Notes: generated by a model not told the origin, from the sequence alone. A DNA stretch of 63,851 bases, filler included, from Bigelowiella natans CCMP2755 (GCA_000320545.1; 4 parts of 4 records of this genome joined end to end with filler, not necessarily neighbours in it); one strand, 5' to 3'. Shown: positions 1 through 14,248, numbered from the whole stretch's first letter. Numbers and translations are program-made.

Positions 1-29
1 TTTGACGAGGAGGGGGGGGGGGTAGGAAG

Positions 30-607
30 TGAGGGTCATTCTCTTCGAGCTGCGCGCGACAAGCCCGTCGGGTTCCGAGAGAGAGCAGCCAAACATCACT
101 CCCTGGTGGGGGGCCCGCAACGACCTCCAAAGACGCGATCCGCGCAAAAAAAGATCGTCCGTGATTCAGGGCGGCAAGGTGGGAGGAGAGGAGGAGAAGA
201 GGAGGAGAGGGGAGAGAGGGTGCGGAAGAGGAAGGCGGTGTTTTTATTTTTTTCTTTAAATGTAGTGTGATGATTGAGTAGGATTCGTCTCCTTTTTTAC
301 CTGTTATTGATTCCTTGCTTCTCTCCTCCATTCCGGCGGCGGCTGCTGCTGTATCTGTCCGTAATCCTTGTTTTCTCTTCCTCTTTGGCTCGGGTATGAT
401 GAATCGGAACGGCGATCATGCGCGACGACGGGCCTCCTCGCAGTGAGCGCCATCGTAAGCATCCGGAGGCGGGAGAGCAAGCTCGTACTCAACTTGGAAA
501 AGGTCAGGGCATTTCCATTTTGCCTTTTCATCTTCGTTGGACGGTTCGTCGGAAGAACTATGATGATGATGATGATGATGATGATGATGCTCATTCGTGG
601 TCATCAC

Positions 608-646
<39 letters not shown>

Positions 647-1270
647 TCACCGGCATCATCGTCCTCGTATCGATGTTCATAAAAACGTAAAAACTTTGCT
701 TGCAATCTGAAGGACGCTGATTGGTCTGAGAGTGTGTGTTTGTGTTTATGTGTGTGTGTGTGTGTGTGCGTGTGCGTGTACGCGTGTTTTATAGCAATTC
801 GGCGAGGTGTCCCCACTCCTACAGCTATGCTCATCCTTGATGATGGCCGTTATGCCTTCTGCTTAGAAGAAGAAGAAGAAGAAGAAGAAGAAGAAGAAGA
901 AGAAAAGAATAGCAGCAGCGGCGGCAGCAGCGGCGCTATTCTTTCACTGGCACCAAAAGCAAGAGCTGATCTGCTGCGGGCTGCCTGTTTCTCTTCATCT
1001 TTTCCACCGTTCAGTATTAAAACACACCGACACTTCCTGCTAATAAGCCCTCGAAGCATCATCATCATCATCATCATCATCGTTCAGAATGAGCGTTGTC
1101 CTCAAATGGTCGATAACACACCCGCTGGTGGAGGCTCTCCGTTGGAACAGCAATTCTTAGCGATATCAGCGCTTTACTATAGTTTTAGATTTTTAAGAAT
1201 CTTTATTTATCTTTCCTGTCTTCTTTAGTTGGTAATAGCCGCGTTTACTTCGATCATGATCGGCGCCGTC
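30..1270 (-). CDS. Hypothetical multi-exon protein, partial at window edge
   Basis: Short open minus-strand segments bounded by plausible AG/GT sites between microsatellite tracts (e.g. NRPTKMKRQNGNALTFSKLSTSLLSRLR, AEGITAIIKDEHSCRSGD). No recognisable motif. Confidence 0.25.
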
Positions 1271-1277
1271 TTGTTAC

Positions 1278-1321
<44 letters not shown>

Positions 1322-1361
1322 TATTTGTTGTCTGTTTTAGTGATACGTTTTTATTATATTT

Positions 1362-1436
<75 letters not shown>

Positions 1437-1595
1437 CACGTAGCACACATCTGCATTATTCTGAACATTGCGCCACAGGGGGGAAATAATACAAATATTT
1501 TATAAATTGTGATCCGATATATTAATCCTCACATCGCGAGAAACTATAATGCCGTGCAAGCTACGAATGCAACGCATACAGTGCATGTGCATGTG

Positions 1596-1632
<37 letters not shown>

Positions 1633-2755
1633 ACCAGTAGAAGATTGAGCTCTCTTGTTAGTTGTAAATACTGATGATTTTTCCTTTTCCATAAGTAAAT
1701 TGGGGGAGAACATGGAAAATGAAATGAGACTTAAAAAGTTATTCGTGATACGTTGCATAAACTTTGTACTCTTCATGAAACCTGCGTGTATCATTGCTAG
1801 GATGGTCCCCGCGCAGATGATGTAGTTGTTGATCATTAAAAGAAGCGGGATGCTACTACCCGAACGCTAGAACGGTCGCATGCCAAATGCACATCACGCG
1901 ATCGATTGGTGTCATGTCGTTTAGGAAATTTTGCTACTTCCCATTCCCCGCATGCTCACATTAAGTGCTCGCTGTCATCTCGTTATCTGCTACGTCACCA
2001 AAGCATTGGGGTCTCCATTTGTGCCTGTGGCGTGAGCTAGCTAGCTAGCTAGCTAGTGTCGTGGCAAATAAATCATCATAGGACACAGAGCGATGTCTCG
2101 CGATCTAGCGATGTGCCACTTGCAACCAAATTATCCAACCGCACACTCACCCTACTAGCCTAGCACCCTAGCACTGCAGCCACATGTTGTAGATCATCAT
2201 GGATCATTGTCGCATGATGCAAAAATCACAGAGCGCGATCACGTGGATGAGCATCATTGCATGCTAACGGTCCAGCAAGGCAGACACGAATCGAACGATG
2301 CGAACAATGTTATGATGTGAAGCACATGTTGCGTGCGCCTGACTAGCTGGATTGGAAGGCAATGAAACGCCATCCACATGAGTCATCTCATCATTGCTAG
2401 AGTGCGCGCAGATCTGTGCAACAGCACGGCCGATTCATACACATTGAGACGTGCACTGTTTACGTGCTCATTGTACACGCTGCAACTCAGATGCGCAAAT
2501 CGAAATGGCACGTCGATCATTAGCATTAAACAACAAGACACAAGGCGACATAATCAAATAAGCCCTAGCTAGCTAGGGCCGCATGCTTTTTTAGAAATGC
2601 AATGTGCCAGTGGGCCGTGAAGTGCGCCGATCTACAAATGCGTGCCCTGTGATTATCTAGGATGTGTTGACGAGCAGATTCATGCAGCTGCGCCGTTGCG
2701 CTTTATCTAGTTTTGCGTAGCATTATCGATTGAAGACATGGAATCTATAGTGCAC

Positions 2756-4178
2756 TCACAAATTCAATCCTCCGTGCGATAGCATCGCCAACCGCGCCCC
2801 CACAGCGCGTATGCCTTCTAACACGTCCTGCACAAAGCTGGAGGCGTCGCTTGCGATCGAACGGGGCTCTGAAGTTGTTATTATTCTCGGGAAGAATCCT
2901 TCTGCATTATTGCCGTCGTCGTCATCGTTACAATCGCCGTCGCAGTTCCCATCACCGGCCTTCTTATAGTTGACCACCGGAGCTGCCCGCATCATCGCAA
3001 AGAGAGCAGCGTACGAGTTCAAATCGGCAGGCAAGTATGTCCTCCTGCTATGCTTTCTCCTTCTTAGTCGCGAGGAGGGGAAATTCACCTCAGTAGCAAC
3101 ACCGACGTCGTCGTCGTCGTTGCCGTCACCGTCGCCTCCCGCACACCGCAGCTCACACGCCGAGCGGATGTACTTGTAGAAGTTAGGCACAGAGGACTTC
3201 GATGCAGGAACCAACCTGCCCTTCACAAGAGCGACGTCAAAAAGATCCTTCACCTTCCCCCTCCACCACCATTTCTTCCTTCCCCCCCCCCCCCTCCTTC
3301 TCTCCTCCGGGTAACTATATCCGGCGGCGGCGCCGAGGCCATCGCTCCCTCCATCGTGCAGGTGGCTGCTCCTCTCACCTTCGTTGTGGTCGAGGCGGCA
3401 GCTGGTGAAGTGTGCGTCCATTAGGCTCAGGCGAAGGGCTTTTGGGGGCGCTTTACCTTTGAACGGGTTGCGCGCCAGGGCGCTGGTGAGATGCTCGGAA
3501 TTGTGCAGGAGCAGCCGCAGCATGCGTTGAAACCACTCCGGCAGCGGCTGCCCCTCCGCCAGATTAGACCCCAGCGACTGCATTTGCTGGTCGATTCTCC
3601 ATTCGTGGCCGGTGTTGGTGTGCGGCATCGTAGAGAATGATGAAAAGAGCCCAGGGCCCCTCCCCTCCCCCGCCTCCTCATCGTCATCATTTTCTTTCCT
3701 ATTCATGTTTTTGCAGCAGCGCCGGGAGGAGGGGGTGAGGGAAGAGGGGGAAGGGGGGCTAGGATGAGGATCATTGATACATAGCAGCAGCATGTAACGA
3801 GGAAGAGGAAAAAAAAGAAGGGGGCGCACCTGAAATGGAAACGGTAGCTATGCCATTCACCCCCCTCCCCTTCTCTTCCCAGATCTCCAGCCAGGCCTTC
3901 GATCTTAAGCTCCCAGCGATACGTGACGATGCGAGAGAAGGGTGAGTACACCTGGCCGAGCCATGTTGGCAGCAGGTTGATGTAGAGCTTTAAAGCCCAT
4001 TGCGGTACGGTAAGAACAGGCTCCTGAAGCAGACCCTGCGAGCATATTAGCGGCAGCAACACTTTCAAGGCGCATCGACAGAAAAGCAAAGGCCCTTCCC
4101 CGCACGATGTCAATCAACCGCAGCATCATACTCGCAGCATGGAAGCGTGTGCGGGGGGAGGAGGGTCGGAATGCTTAT

Positions 4179-4222
<44 letters not shown>

Positions 4223-6706
4223 AGTTTGCATAAATTCATTGAAAAAAAGATTTGTGTAGGATATCGCCCAGGACACATGCACACGCGCAGGGGCGCCACG
4301 AATAGAATGAAAACTATTGTGAAACCGTTTTAACACACAAGGTGGCGATGGGAGAACACAACGACGACGATGGTGACACCAAATATTTCACACTCCCTTC
4401 GTTCCTCCCCCCCCCCACTCCCCACCAACCAACCTGGCCAGCTATCCTCGAGATAGGCAGCGACAGCATCGGAAGCAGCATGCCGACGAGCAGGGGAAAT
4501 AAGGTACCGCACACGACACCTAAGTGCAGCTTACGAATCATGCCTACCCAGAAGCTTTGATGATGGTGGTCGTTATGATGGTGGAGAAGGTTAAAGGCCT
4601 CCTTGCCCCCCCCAACGCCTCCGCCCCCCCCCCCTGCTTCTCTCCTCTTCTGGTGGATCATCATCAGCGCCGACTTCGGCAGGAAGAGGCGCTCCAGCCG
4701 CCGCTGGACAGCCGCAGCAGGGAAGGCCCTCCTCGAGAGACTCCCCAGCGCGACGTCATCGAGTGCCGCAAGCGACAGCACGATGGTCAGGGCGTTGAAG
4801 ATCCCCACGTTCCCGGAGATGTGGATCATCAGCGAGAGCGCGGAGAATGAGAGGAAGGCCAGCACCCACAGGCCCCTGAACGGGGTGATGAGGAAGAAGG
4901 GCACGATGAGCTCAAGGAACAAGGTGGCGGCGGTTGCTGCTTGGTGGAAGATGGGGGGGAGAGCGTGGAGATAGTAGGCGACCCAGGTCGGCATCGGCTG
5001 CGTCTCGAAGTGGTACTTCATCGCGGATAGCGTCAGCCACTTCGGACACCTCTCCCGCAGCTTGGCAATGCCGGAGTTCAACATCACCTAGGGGGGGGGG
5101 TTGGTTTTGGAAGCGTGGTTTTGTTGTTGTTGTTGTTGTTGTTCTTCTTCTTCTTCCTCTTCTTCTTGTTTTTGTTGTTGGGCTGTTGTATGGAGGGCCT
5201 CTTTTTAGCAGGAGCGGCGGAACCACTACTACAATTATCACGACTACCGCTACCACTCCTATTACCACAACTAATGCTACTACTACTACTACTATTACTA
5301 CTGCTACTACTAATGATACTACTTTGAATAGCAAAATGCGGAGGAGGAGCATCGTGAGGGTGTTGGACAAAGGATGCGCAAAGGGGAAGGCGAGCGGGAG
5401 AGAGAGGAAGGTGGCCTCGAGCAGCAGCGCATCAGGGAGCGTCTGCATGAAATCGTTCGCTACTTTGCGGAATACGAGGTAGACCTGCCAAAAACATTTT
5501 TAAAAAAACCACAGCAAATGCCAACGACAGTGGCGAGATAGCAACCAATGCGACATCAATGGGCATTGACTTCTTGTTGACACTAGCCCCCCCCCCCCCC
5601 CCCCCCCCCCCCCCTCTCCCCCACATCACCCAGTAGCTATAGAAGAGCGCGAGGGGCTGGATCAGCATCGATAGGAGCATGGCAGCACTGTAGTGCGTTG
5701 TGCGTGAAGCAGCAGCAGCCGCCGCCGAGGCAACACTGCATGTGAGGCCGGCCAATGCCCCAGAGGAGCAAAGGAGTTTTAAGCCGCGGTCCAGGCCCAT
5801 CTTTGATTCCAGCGCCTGCCACATGGCCGCCTCCATTTGCTCCTGAAGGCGATGAAGAGGCACCCTCGACGACGCGTCGTTGTAGTCCTGGGCGCTCACT
5901 CGGCGCTGCAAATCTTTTGTGTATGCTGCTATGCTTGAAATGCCGTCCGTGCCCACCAACGCGTGGATCTGCCGAACGAGAAACAAATCGCTTAAAACGA
6001 TCGTTATCATCATATAATCATCATCATCATCATCATCATCGTCGTCGTCGTATTAACCCCCCCCCCCCTGGCCACGTGAAAAGTTGGTTCACGATCGCCC
6101 CCTCCGCCCGCATTGACACTTTCAGGGAGGGCGAGCGCACACTAGTACAAGAGCAACCTGCGGAGAAAACGACGTGAACGCCCGGAAATACACCAGCCCG
6201 AGGAGTGCTACATACAGCCTGGAGAGGCATTCAACCGAAGACGATGCCCGGGAGAACGAGGAGAATATCTTCCCCCATCGTATCATGCGCGCCAATGGGA
6301 ACACCAGCATCGTGGGGGTGCAGAGGAGAGTGCCCAGCAGCATCTTCCATGTCGACTTGCGCTGCAAAGCGCCGTCGAGGTACCTCACCATCATCAACAG
6401 CCAACGCGGCGGCTCGGAGGGTGGACGGGATGAAGGCCTCGGTGACGGCGATGATGACGATGGTGATGATGATGATGATGATGAGGTTGATGATGATGAG
6501 GTTGGTGCCGATGATGATGATGATGATGCTGGTGAGCCTATCCCTTTCCCAGCGTGTGCCGATGGAGGGGGGGGGAGAATGATGCTTTTGCTGCCGCTCA
6601 AACGAAGCTCTTCTCCCCCCTCTTCCTCATCGGTGCTACTTACAAGCATTCTGTGATTTCCTGCTTCAGTAGCTGCTATAGATTCCAGCTCAGATTGCGT
6701 AAACAT
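2756..6706 (-). CDS. LMF: Lipase maturation factor family ER membrane protein (multi-exon; start uncertain)
   Basis: Exons give LMF hallmarks in order: LYVALLGLVYFRAFTSFSPQ|IHALVGTDGI, DALLLEATFL, SGIAKL...WLTLSAMKYHFETQPMPTWVAYYLH, LELIVPF, ISGNVGIFNALT, YSPFSRIVTYRWELKIEG, WRIDQQM...WFQRMLRLLL...NPF...PPKALR. Confidence 0.9.
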
Positions 6707-6906
6707 GTAGACTTTGCCCCCCCCGCCATCTGCTCCAAATATGCGTGCCAGGGAAACAAGTGGCAGGGGATGGAGGAGGGGGGGGGGGGGGGGGGGGATG
6801 GAGAGGAGAAGCGAGAAGGTAAGGCTCCGTTTCATGGTTGTGATGGCAATGAAGATGACGGGTAGAGCAAGTGAGAAGTTGGATGGATCGGCGTCCAATG
6901 TACGAC

Positions 6907-7748
6907 TTATAGAAAATCATCGTGCTCTACTTACTCACGAGACAAGATGTGGAAGGAGGAGGCCCCATTCACCTACCTCTATCCTCCTCTCACTCTTCTC
7001 TTTCTTCCCCCCCCCTCCTTCCCGCCTCCTTCTCACGCTAAGACGTGCGAACAAACATACACACATGTAAACATGTATGGGCAGTGGCACCTACCGTTTT
7101 GTGAGGTGGACGGAAGAAGGAAAATCGACGGGCGAACATCTGCAGACAGGCTGCCCTCTTCGCCCCCCTTTCTCCCCCCCCCCTCCTCTGTATCTGAAGC
7201 TGCTGCCTCCGCCTCGGCAACTTCTGCCCAGACTTCGAGCCTTTTAACGCGAAATGGCGAGAACTCTGAAGCTCCGTGGACTTTCTGCGTATCTCCTCTA
7301 TCATGGCTAGAAGAAGGACAAGAGGCGGAGGAGGAGGAAGAGGAAGAGGAGGAGTTGCAAGGAGAAGGAATCACACACACCAATCGGACGAAGGAGCTCG
7401 AAATGCTTCTATCCGCCGTGATTATGGTCGTTTTCGAGCTTCCCTTCGCCCTCACTGCTGCTGCAGCAGCAGCAAAGACGTTTTTGGACGCTGACGTCCA
7501 AACAGAGCCATCGCTGCTGACCTCAATTCGAAACGCGACAGGCCGCCCCCCCCCCCCCTCCCACCGAACGGCCACGCTCCTGCAAATGAATCGGCAACTC
7601 GCATGGCGGCGAGTGGCGCTATGATGGTGATTGCGTCTGCTTCGGCAGTGGACGGTTAGCCGCGGGGCCTCATCGTCGAGCGAAGGTTCCCAATACCCGC
7701 TATTCCTACTGCTGTAACGGCTAAGATCATCGTTGTCATCGCCACCAC

Positions 7749-7779
<31 letters not shown>

Positions 7780-10683
7780 GCTGTCATCATCGCCGTCTTC
7801 ATAATAATCGCCATCTTGGCGACAGCCGTGCGGAGGCCGGCATCCATTGCCTTGAGCTGTGATGGCGCTCATCCCTCTTCTTCTTGCTCTTGTTCTTCTT
7901 CTTCTTCTTCTTTCTCCAACTCCCCCCCTACTGCCGCCATCTGCTCGGGATCGTAGGAGGTTGAGAGGAGGCGAGTCGAAGCTGCGCATCGAGCTCGCTG
8001 ATATAACGGCGGCATCTTCCATCAGGTCGATGGGCCGCGCGGGATAGTAGCGGCGACCCCTCCCCTCATAATCGCTGGTGCTGGTTGCAATACTAGCGCT
8101 CTTACCGCGGAACAACACTCCTTGCACGGCTGCTGGTTTGCCTAAGACCTCCACCCTCTCAATCAAGGGCGGCGCAGCACGGCTTTTCCCATCGTCGCTA
8201 GGTCTCCGGGAATCTCCATCTTCCCCCGCAGTACGGGGCTTTGATCGCTCCTCCTCCTCCTCCTCCTCCTCTTCCTCATCCACTGCCTCGATTCGAATCC
8301 AGTTAATCGTCGATAGGGGGGCGGCTCTGCTACTGGTAATAGCGGATCTTCCTCCAGCATGGGTTAGCCCTCTCGAAAGCACAGCCGTCGCATCACCATC
8401 ATCATCGTCATCACCACCACCACCAGCACCAGCAGCAGCAGAAGAACAAGCATTTCGAGCTTCTTCATTTGTAGTTGAAGGCGGTGCGACGATGGGAATA
8501 CTCATCCATCCTCTCCTACTCTTCCGCCCCTCCTCAATATTGCTGTTATTGCAGGTGCTGCTGCTGCTACTGCTGCTGCAGAAGCTTGGAGCACGGACAG
8601 CCGCAACCTCAAACCACTCCCCCCGCTCCTCCGCCACGCTGACGCGATACTTCCGACCGCCCCCCCCCAATGAAGCAAGGGAGGGGGACGAGGAGGAGAA
8701 GACGTTGACCGACGTGATCTCTCCCGCGGGAAGTGCGAGGCGGCGGACGATGGGAGTGCGTGCGTTGAGACGAGATGAAGGAGCGTCGGGGGCGCATAGA
8801 AGATAACCGACTGCAGGCTCGATTCTATACTTCTCAAGCCACGTGGAGAGGAGGGAGAGCGCCTCCGAAGCGGTCTCTCTCCGTGGTCGCTGCTGATGCT
8901 GCGGGCTGGGGAAAGGCGCTGCAAGCTGCAGCAGGGCGCGAGCTTCTTCGTCTCCCATCACCTCATCAGCCCGCTTGAGGAGGGGGAGGAGGACGGGGAA
9001 TGCGTCTAGAAGCTTTCGGAGGTACAATGATGACGGCGACGGCGGCCACGGCGACCCCGGTAGCCTTTCCTTCTCACCCCCCTCTCCTACCAGCATCTCA
9101 TTCGCACACATGAAGGCCCGAAGCGCTCTAAGGATGGTCCTTTCCTTGGTTGCCTCAGGAGCAGTAGCAGCAGCACCAGCAGGACGTGCTTGATCTCCCT
9201 TTGACAGATGAACTTGGGCGCCGAGCCAGGGCCGTATCCTCCTCCTGCTGCTGCTGCTGCTGTGTAGGCTTCTCAAACGAACGTACACAGCATGCCTCTC
9301 TAGAAAGAATGATGAGGGGGGGGGGGGGAAGGGCCCCTGGAAGGTGCTGCCGAAGCTAGTAGTGGCGGTTGTACGAAATCGTATAGCAAAGGAAGGCGAT
9401 GATGACATCTGGTTGTCGTTCTCGTCGTCGTCATTCGCTGGTAGTCGCAGTCGATAGAAGCCATTCTCTGGGTGCTCAGGAAATGCAAGGACCTTCCTTC
9501 TCTCCCCGCTATTTTTTGCGCAGCTGTCAAAGTCCCCGTCAGAGCCGTCGATGTCAGCATACGCGTCCTCCTCGACGTCCTCCTCCTCGTCGTCGCCATC
9601 GTGACCACCACCATCACCATCAGCATCATCGCCAACAGCAGCATCCAGATGTCTTCGGCGGTGCTGCTTCGAGGGCTGCGGGAAGATCATCGTCACGAAC
9701 AAGGGGGCCACTTCGACTTGTCTCGCGGCCCTCGCAGAGGATGACGATGACGGTGGCGATGAACTTGCTGCTGCTGCTGCCGGGATTATGATCTCCTCGA
9801 CGGCTCGAGGCACAACCAAATCATACCAAAACTCATTCTCATCGACGAGCGAGATTTCCGACGAGGATGCCCCCTCCACCACTCCGCTCGCCCCTCGCCC
9901 TCGCCGTCGCACCCTTGCATATGTGGAGCATGGTGATGCTTTGGAGGGAGTCCGGCAGGCGAGCGGTGCGAGCTTGATGAATCGAGACGGAGACGACGAC
10001 GAAGAATCGGTTGCGAGCAGCTGCTGGTGCTGAGCATGATCTCCTTCTCTTCGTGACCCTCTGCCTCCCTCCACAAACGATGGGAGTGATGGTGGCCCCG
10101 GTGGTGGTGGCGATAATGATGTTCTGTGGCCTGCGACTGCAATAGAACTCTCCTCCTTCGCTTTGCCTTCCTGAGGCATCTGCTCATCACCGTGCCTAAT
10201 ACCATCCCTGCTTGCAACGCCATCGTCGTCGCCAACGTCGTCGTTGCGCTCCCCTAGCCATTCCGGAGGGAAGAGGAGACTGCCACTGACGCTGCCCCTT
10301 CCGCTGTCGCCTCCCCGCTCCCCGTCCAAACCAAGCTCATTTAGAGTCAGGTCGGAGAGGAGGCGGGTGCCAAAGATCTTAGCAGAGATGATCGAAAAAC
10401 CGTATTCCGTCGCTCTGCGCTCGCAGTAGATTCGGAGAAATCTTGAGACGGCGAATGGGCGTCGGCTGTGGTAATTGTCAGTGTATTTTTGGTTGTCTCT
10501 GTTGCTGCTACCGCTTCCGCTGATGCCCTCCCCCTCCTCCTCCTCCTCGTCCCCCCCCTCCTTCTCGCCCAGATGGGAGATCCGCCAGCCTGCTCTGAGG
10601 AGTTTCTCCGTCTTTACAGTTTGCCATGAGACCAAGTTGTTGCTTATCTGCGAGGTCAATGTTACGCATGTGCGTGTGTGTGT

Positions 10684-10725
<42 letters not shown>

Positions 10726-13700
10726 CCGTGTATGAAATATCCTCCACCTGGATCTTGTACTTGTAAGCAAACGCAACTTCCCACTGCAACGCGACAGCCG
10801 CGATGTCGCACATCCCGCCGAGGTCAAACAGCAGCCAATGCGGCTCTCTATAGTGTTAAAAACAGCACCAAACAATGGGAACGAGAGAGACGAAAGAGAG
10901 GGGGGGGGGGGGACAGAGAAATCATCATCCAAATTATCCTTTCATAACGAGTATCCTCATACTAAACGTGGAACTGTGATGCAGGAGGAGAACAATTGCG
11001 TGCGACGTCGTTGAGTGGTAAATGCCGTTGTCGCCCTACCCCCAATCCGACGACCAACGAGTGTGAACGTTTTGGGAAAGGACATTGCGAGGGCCGAGCC
11101 CTTCGTGCTCTACGGAATCCGTGAATACCGACGTAAGGCGTCTTCTCCCGCCCCCCTTTAAGAGAGGACGAGGCCTCAACTCGTTCCTGCAAATGGCAGG
11201 GAGCAGAGAAAGAGAGAGAAGAGGGAGGGAGGGAGGGGGGGGGGGAGGAGAGATGAACATCACAAATACGGCAAAGCTTGCAGCATTGGTGACAGGAGAA
11301 CCTGAAGTCGTTGAGAAATCCTGCAAGGCTGCAGAGATCCGTGAATATCCTCCGGTCATAGGGGGGGGGCAGGTTGCCGCTGTCGCTATCGCCGTCGTCG
11401 AGTTCCGCCCTCGATAGAAGCGCCCTGAGGTCCGCAAGTAGACTCTTTTCCTTCGGATATGCAACGATACGCATTTGAAGTGCAAAGATGCTTCTCTCAG
11501 AAGAGTTCAAAATGGCGAAAGGAACAAAGTTTTGGCTAGTTTTCTTGGGCGAAAGAATACTAAGTTCTACAATGATTGCGAGCATACATCTTGGTATAAA
11601 TATTATTATTCTTATTATTATGATTATTATGATTACTAATATTATTGCGAAATCGCTAAATGGTAAAATCCATGCCCGACAAGGTCAATAATTGCAAAAT
11701 GAACGGGGTTATAGGTATAGCAGCACACACTCACCAAGGATGGGGAGGGGGCATCGGAAAGTAGCAGATTCGCGGCAAGATGGAGGATGTTACGGGAGGG
11801 AAATAACGCCGCCCCATTCACATTGAGGAATTTTGCCAGGGAGAAGAAGATTTGCTTTCTCCCCTCTCTCGAAACCGCAGGAGATGATGATAACGATGAT
11901 GATGATGATGATGATGATGATGACGACGACGACAACGACGATGACGATGATAACGATGATGACAGATGAGACGACATTTCCAGGTCCAGCAAAGGGCCTG
12001 CACGCACAATCATAGAGTCAATAGACAGAGGGGGTATCGTGTGGGAGAAGTGTGCTTTTGAATATGGAAAGTGAGTGATGAAGAGAGCAAATATATGGCA
12101 TAGCGTCTGCTTTTATGGCCCTTCTTTATTGGTGTATAGCCCGTTATCATCATCATCATCATCATCATCATCATCGTCGTCGTCGTTGTCGTCGTAATCA
12201 TGATCATTGTCATCATCACCCGTCCAGTTCTTTAACGGATACTTGCTGTCCCGTTGGTGGTAGGATTGCGAGGAAGAAGACGACGACGACGACGACGACG
12301 CCGTCGACACCAGAAATCGTATAGGGAGCTTCACGGCTACCAAAATGATAAAAAGGACACCACAATTCATCCTACCCTGCCCTTGCTTTCTGTTATGTTT
12401 TGTGTGATGAACAACCCTCACACCATGTCCCTCGTCGCCCTTCCCCCCCTCTCCCCTTATCCCGTGCCCCTATCCTTCTCTCTCTCTCTCCTCTCTCCCT
12501 TCTCTCTGCTGCTCTTTTGCTTCTTCATACATGCAGGTAAGCTTGGGTGACAGGAGTCGGAGAATTCGATGCGTGCGTAGCGGAAGGACCCCGGATCATC
12601 AAATATTAGCTTCAACGGGGAGGGAGGGGGGGGGGATGAAGACGAGGTAACCCTTTTCCTCAAACCTCTTGCTCGGGACAAGTGTGAGGAAGGAGAGGGG
12701 GAGGATAGACGTCTCATCGTCTCTTTCTCCTCGTGACTGTTGGCATCATGTCCCCCCTCCCTCCCCTCTCTTCCTTCTCCCGCCTCTTCCTCCTCCGCCG
12801 CGTCGTAGGTGTTTAGAATCGCAGTTAGGTGCCATGGCCCTTCCATGCTCGAGGATTTGAGTACTCGCAGGAAGCAAGGGTGTCTTTCGGCCTCGAATGC
12901 AATCGAAATACCCACCACCTGCACGTAGGTCAAACAGCATTGCTTGTGAGTAACAACGGGAGACGAACTAGTGCTCCATGGTAGAAGGGGTGGGAGGAAT
13001 TACGTTGTAAACTCTTCCTAGGTCAAATATCAAGGCCCCATGGAAGAGAGGAGCGCTTTCACCAAAGGTTGTTGTATCCTCTAGGGATGGATTTAAGGCC
13101 CTGGGTTGACGGTGCTCTCCAACGATCTTCAAGGTCTGTAGATAAGGGGCACATGATGTAAGGCTCCGGAATTGGACACAACGTAACGCGACGCGAGAGA
13201 GGGGGGGAAGGGGGGGGGAGGTGTCTTATTGTGCTACAGACGGAACGAGCACCCGTTTAGCTTCCATAGTGACGGCGCGTCGAATCAACTCCAAAGGAGA
13301 GGCCCGGGAAGCGTTGAGAGTGAGCGTTGTGCAGGAGGAGGCATCCCCCCCCCTTTCTTGTAGTCGAACTTTTACAATCTCCGGGTCATTTCGGGTCTCT
13401 GTTACGATAGCACAAACCTTCTTGCCACCGGGGAGCAGTCCTGAGAGCCCTACGACATCCCCCACGCTCACAGCTGGGTAGTACTTGCCTGAGATGCCGA
13501 CACACGGGAAGAAGGAGAGACAGACGCGCGGAGAGGAGGGGGGGGGAGAAAGAGGAGGAAATCAATACAAAACGCGAGTCAAAAGGGACTGTTTCATTGT
13601 TCTAGTCTCTATGTTTTTTATGCGGATTGCAAAGCAGGCGCGGATCAACGGACCGTTTGAAGATTCTGGCTCCGAATGCTTCGATATCCCACGCCCCAGC

Positions 13701-14074
13701 TGGTCCTGCGAAAAGGCGAAGAAAATTTGGGCCATGAACGATGGCATGAGCCAGAAGATGGCCAAATGGGAACGAGAATTCAACAGAGTTTGACACGTTG
13801 GCACGTGAATTCATGCTGGATCGTCAGGCATCATAAGGAAAACGGGGTTACCGGCAGAAGCAACAATGCAATTCCCACAGCAAACGCGACCGACGAGACG
13901 ATGCCCCTCGGCGTGCACGATTTTGCCATGCTTTTCAGAAACCTGCCATTCGAATGTCACGTTGAATCTTGCATCGTTCCGTCCATCCGGCCGGCAGCCC
14001 TGCGGAGCGGAACGGCTCGCCCGGAGGCTGTGGAGGTTTGGAAGGCCCGCTTGCCACTGTCTGAATCGCGACAT
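6907..14074 (-). CDS. Very large low-complexity protein with F5/8 type C (discoidin/galactose-binding-like) domains
   Basis: A 3.9-kb ORF (7033-10932) ends in GYWEP...RSVAVRWEGGGGRPVAFRIEVSSDGSVWT...SSFVRLV. The upstream exon 12457-12933 has a second copy-like segment (ISIAFEAERHPCFLRVLKSSSMEGPW...FRYARIEF). First exon MSRFRQWQAG... at 14074. The last exon is inferred. Confidence 0.55.
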
Positions 14075-14248
14075 AAAATTCGGATGTCGTTAGGTAACAA
14101 ACGGCACACGTTTTCCGCACAAAGGAAAGTCTTTTGTCAGAAGAAAACCTGAACTACAGAAAGGAAATGTCATTTGGGAACAAAAATACAGGGGATTTCG
14201 TGATTGCGACACGCAAACTTCTCCAACAGAATCCCTGAGCAGAACAGA

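Noticed and set aside
304-1228. Poly-M/H/I/E and CVCV/YIYI/THTH ORFs here and across the window
   Set aside because: Translations of microsatellites, mostly intronic or antisense.
6707-7100. Fusion of the discoidin protein to LMF
   Set aside because: The most plausible splice yields a stop at 6907 and the LMF frame is closed just upstream. Not excluded without RNA data.
10640-10932. N-terminus of the 1299-aa ORF as the true start
   Set aside because: It contains a (CA)n tract and likely introns, and the gene appears to begin several exons upstream.
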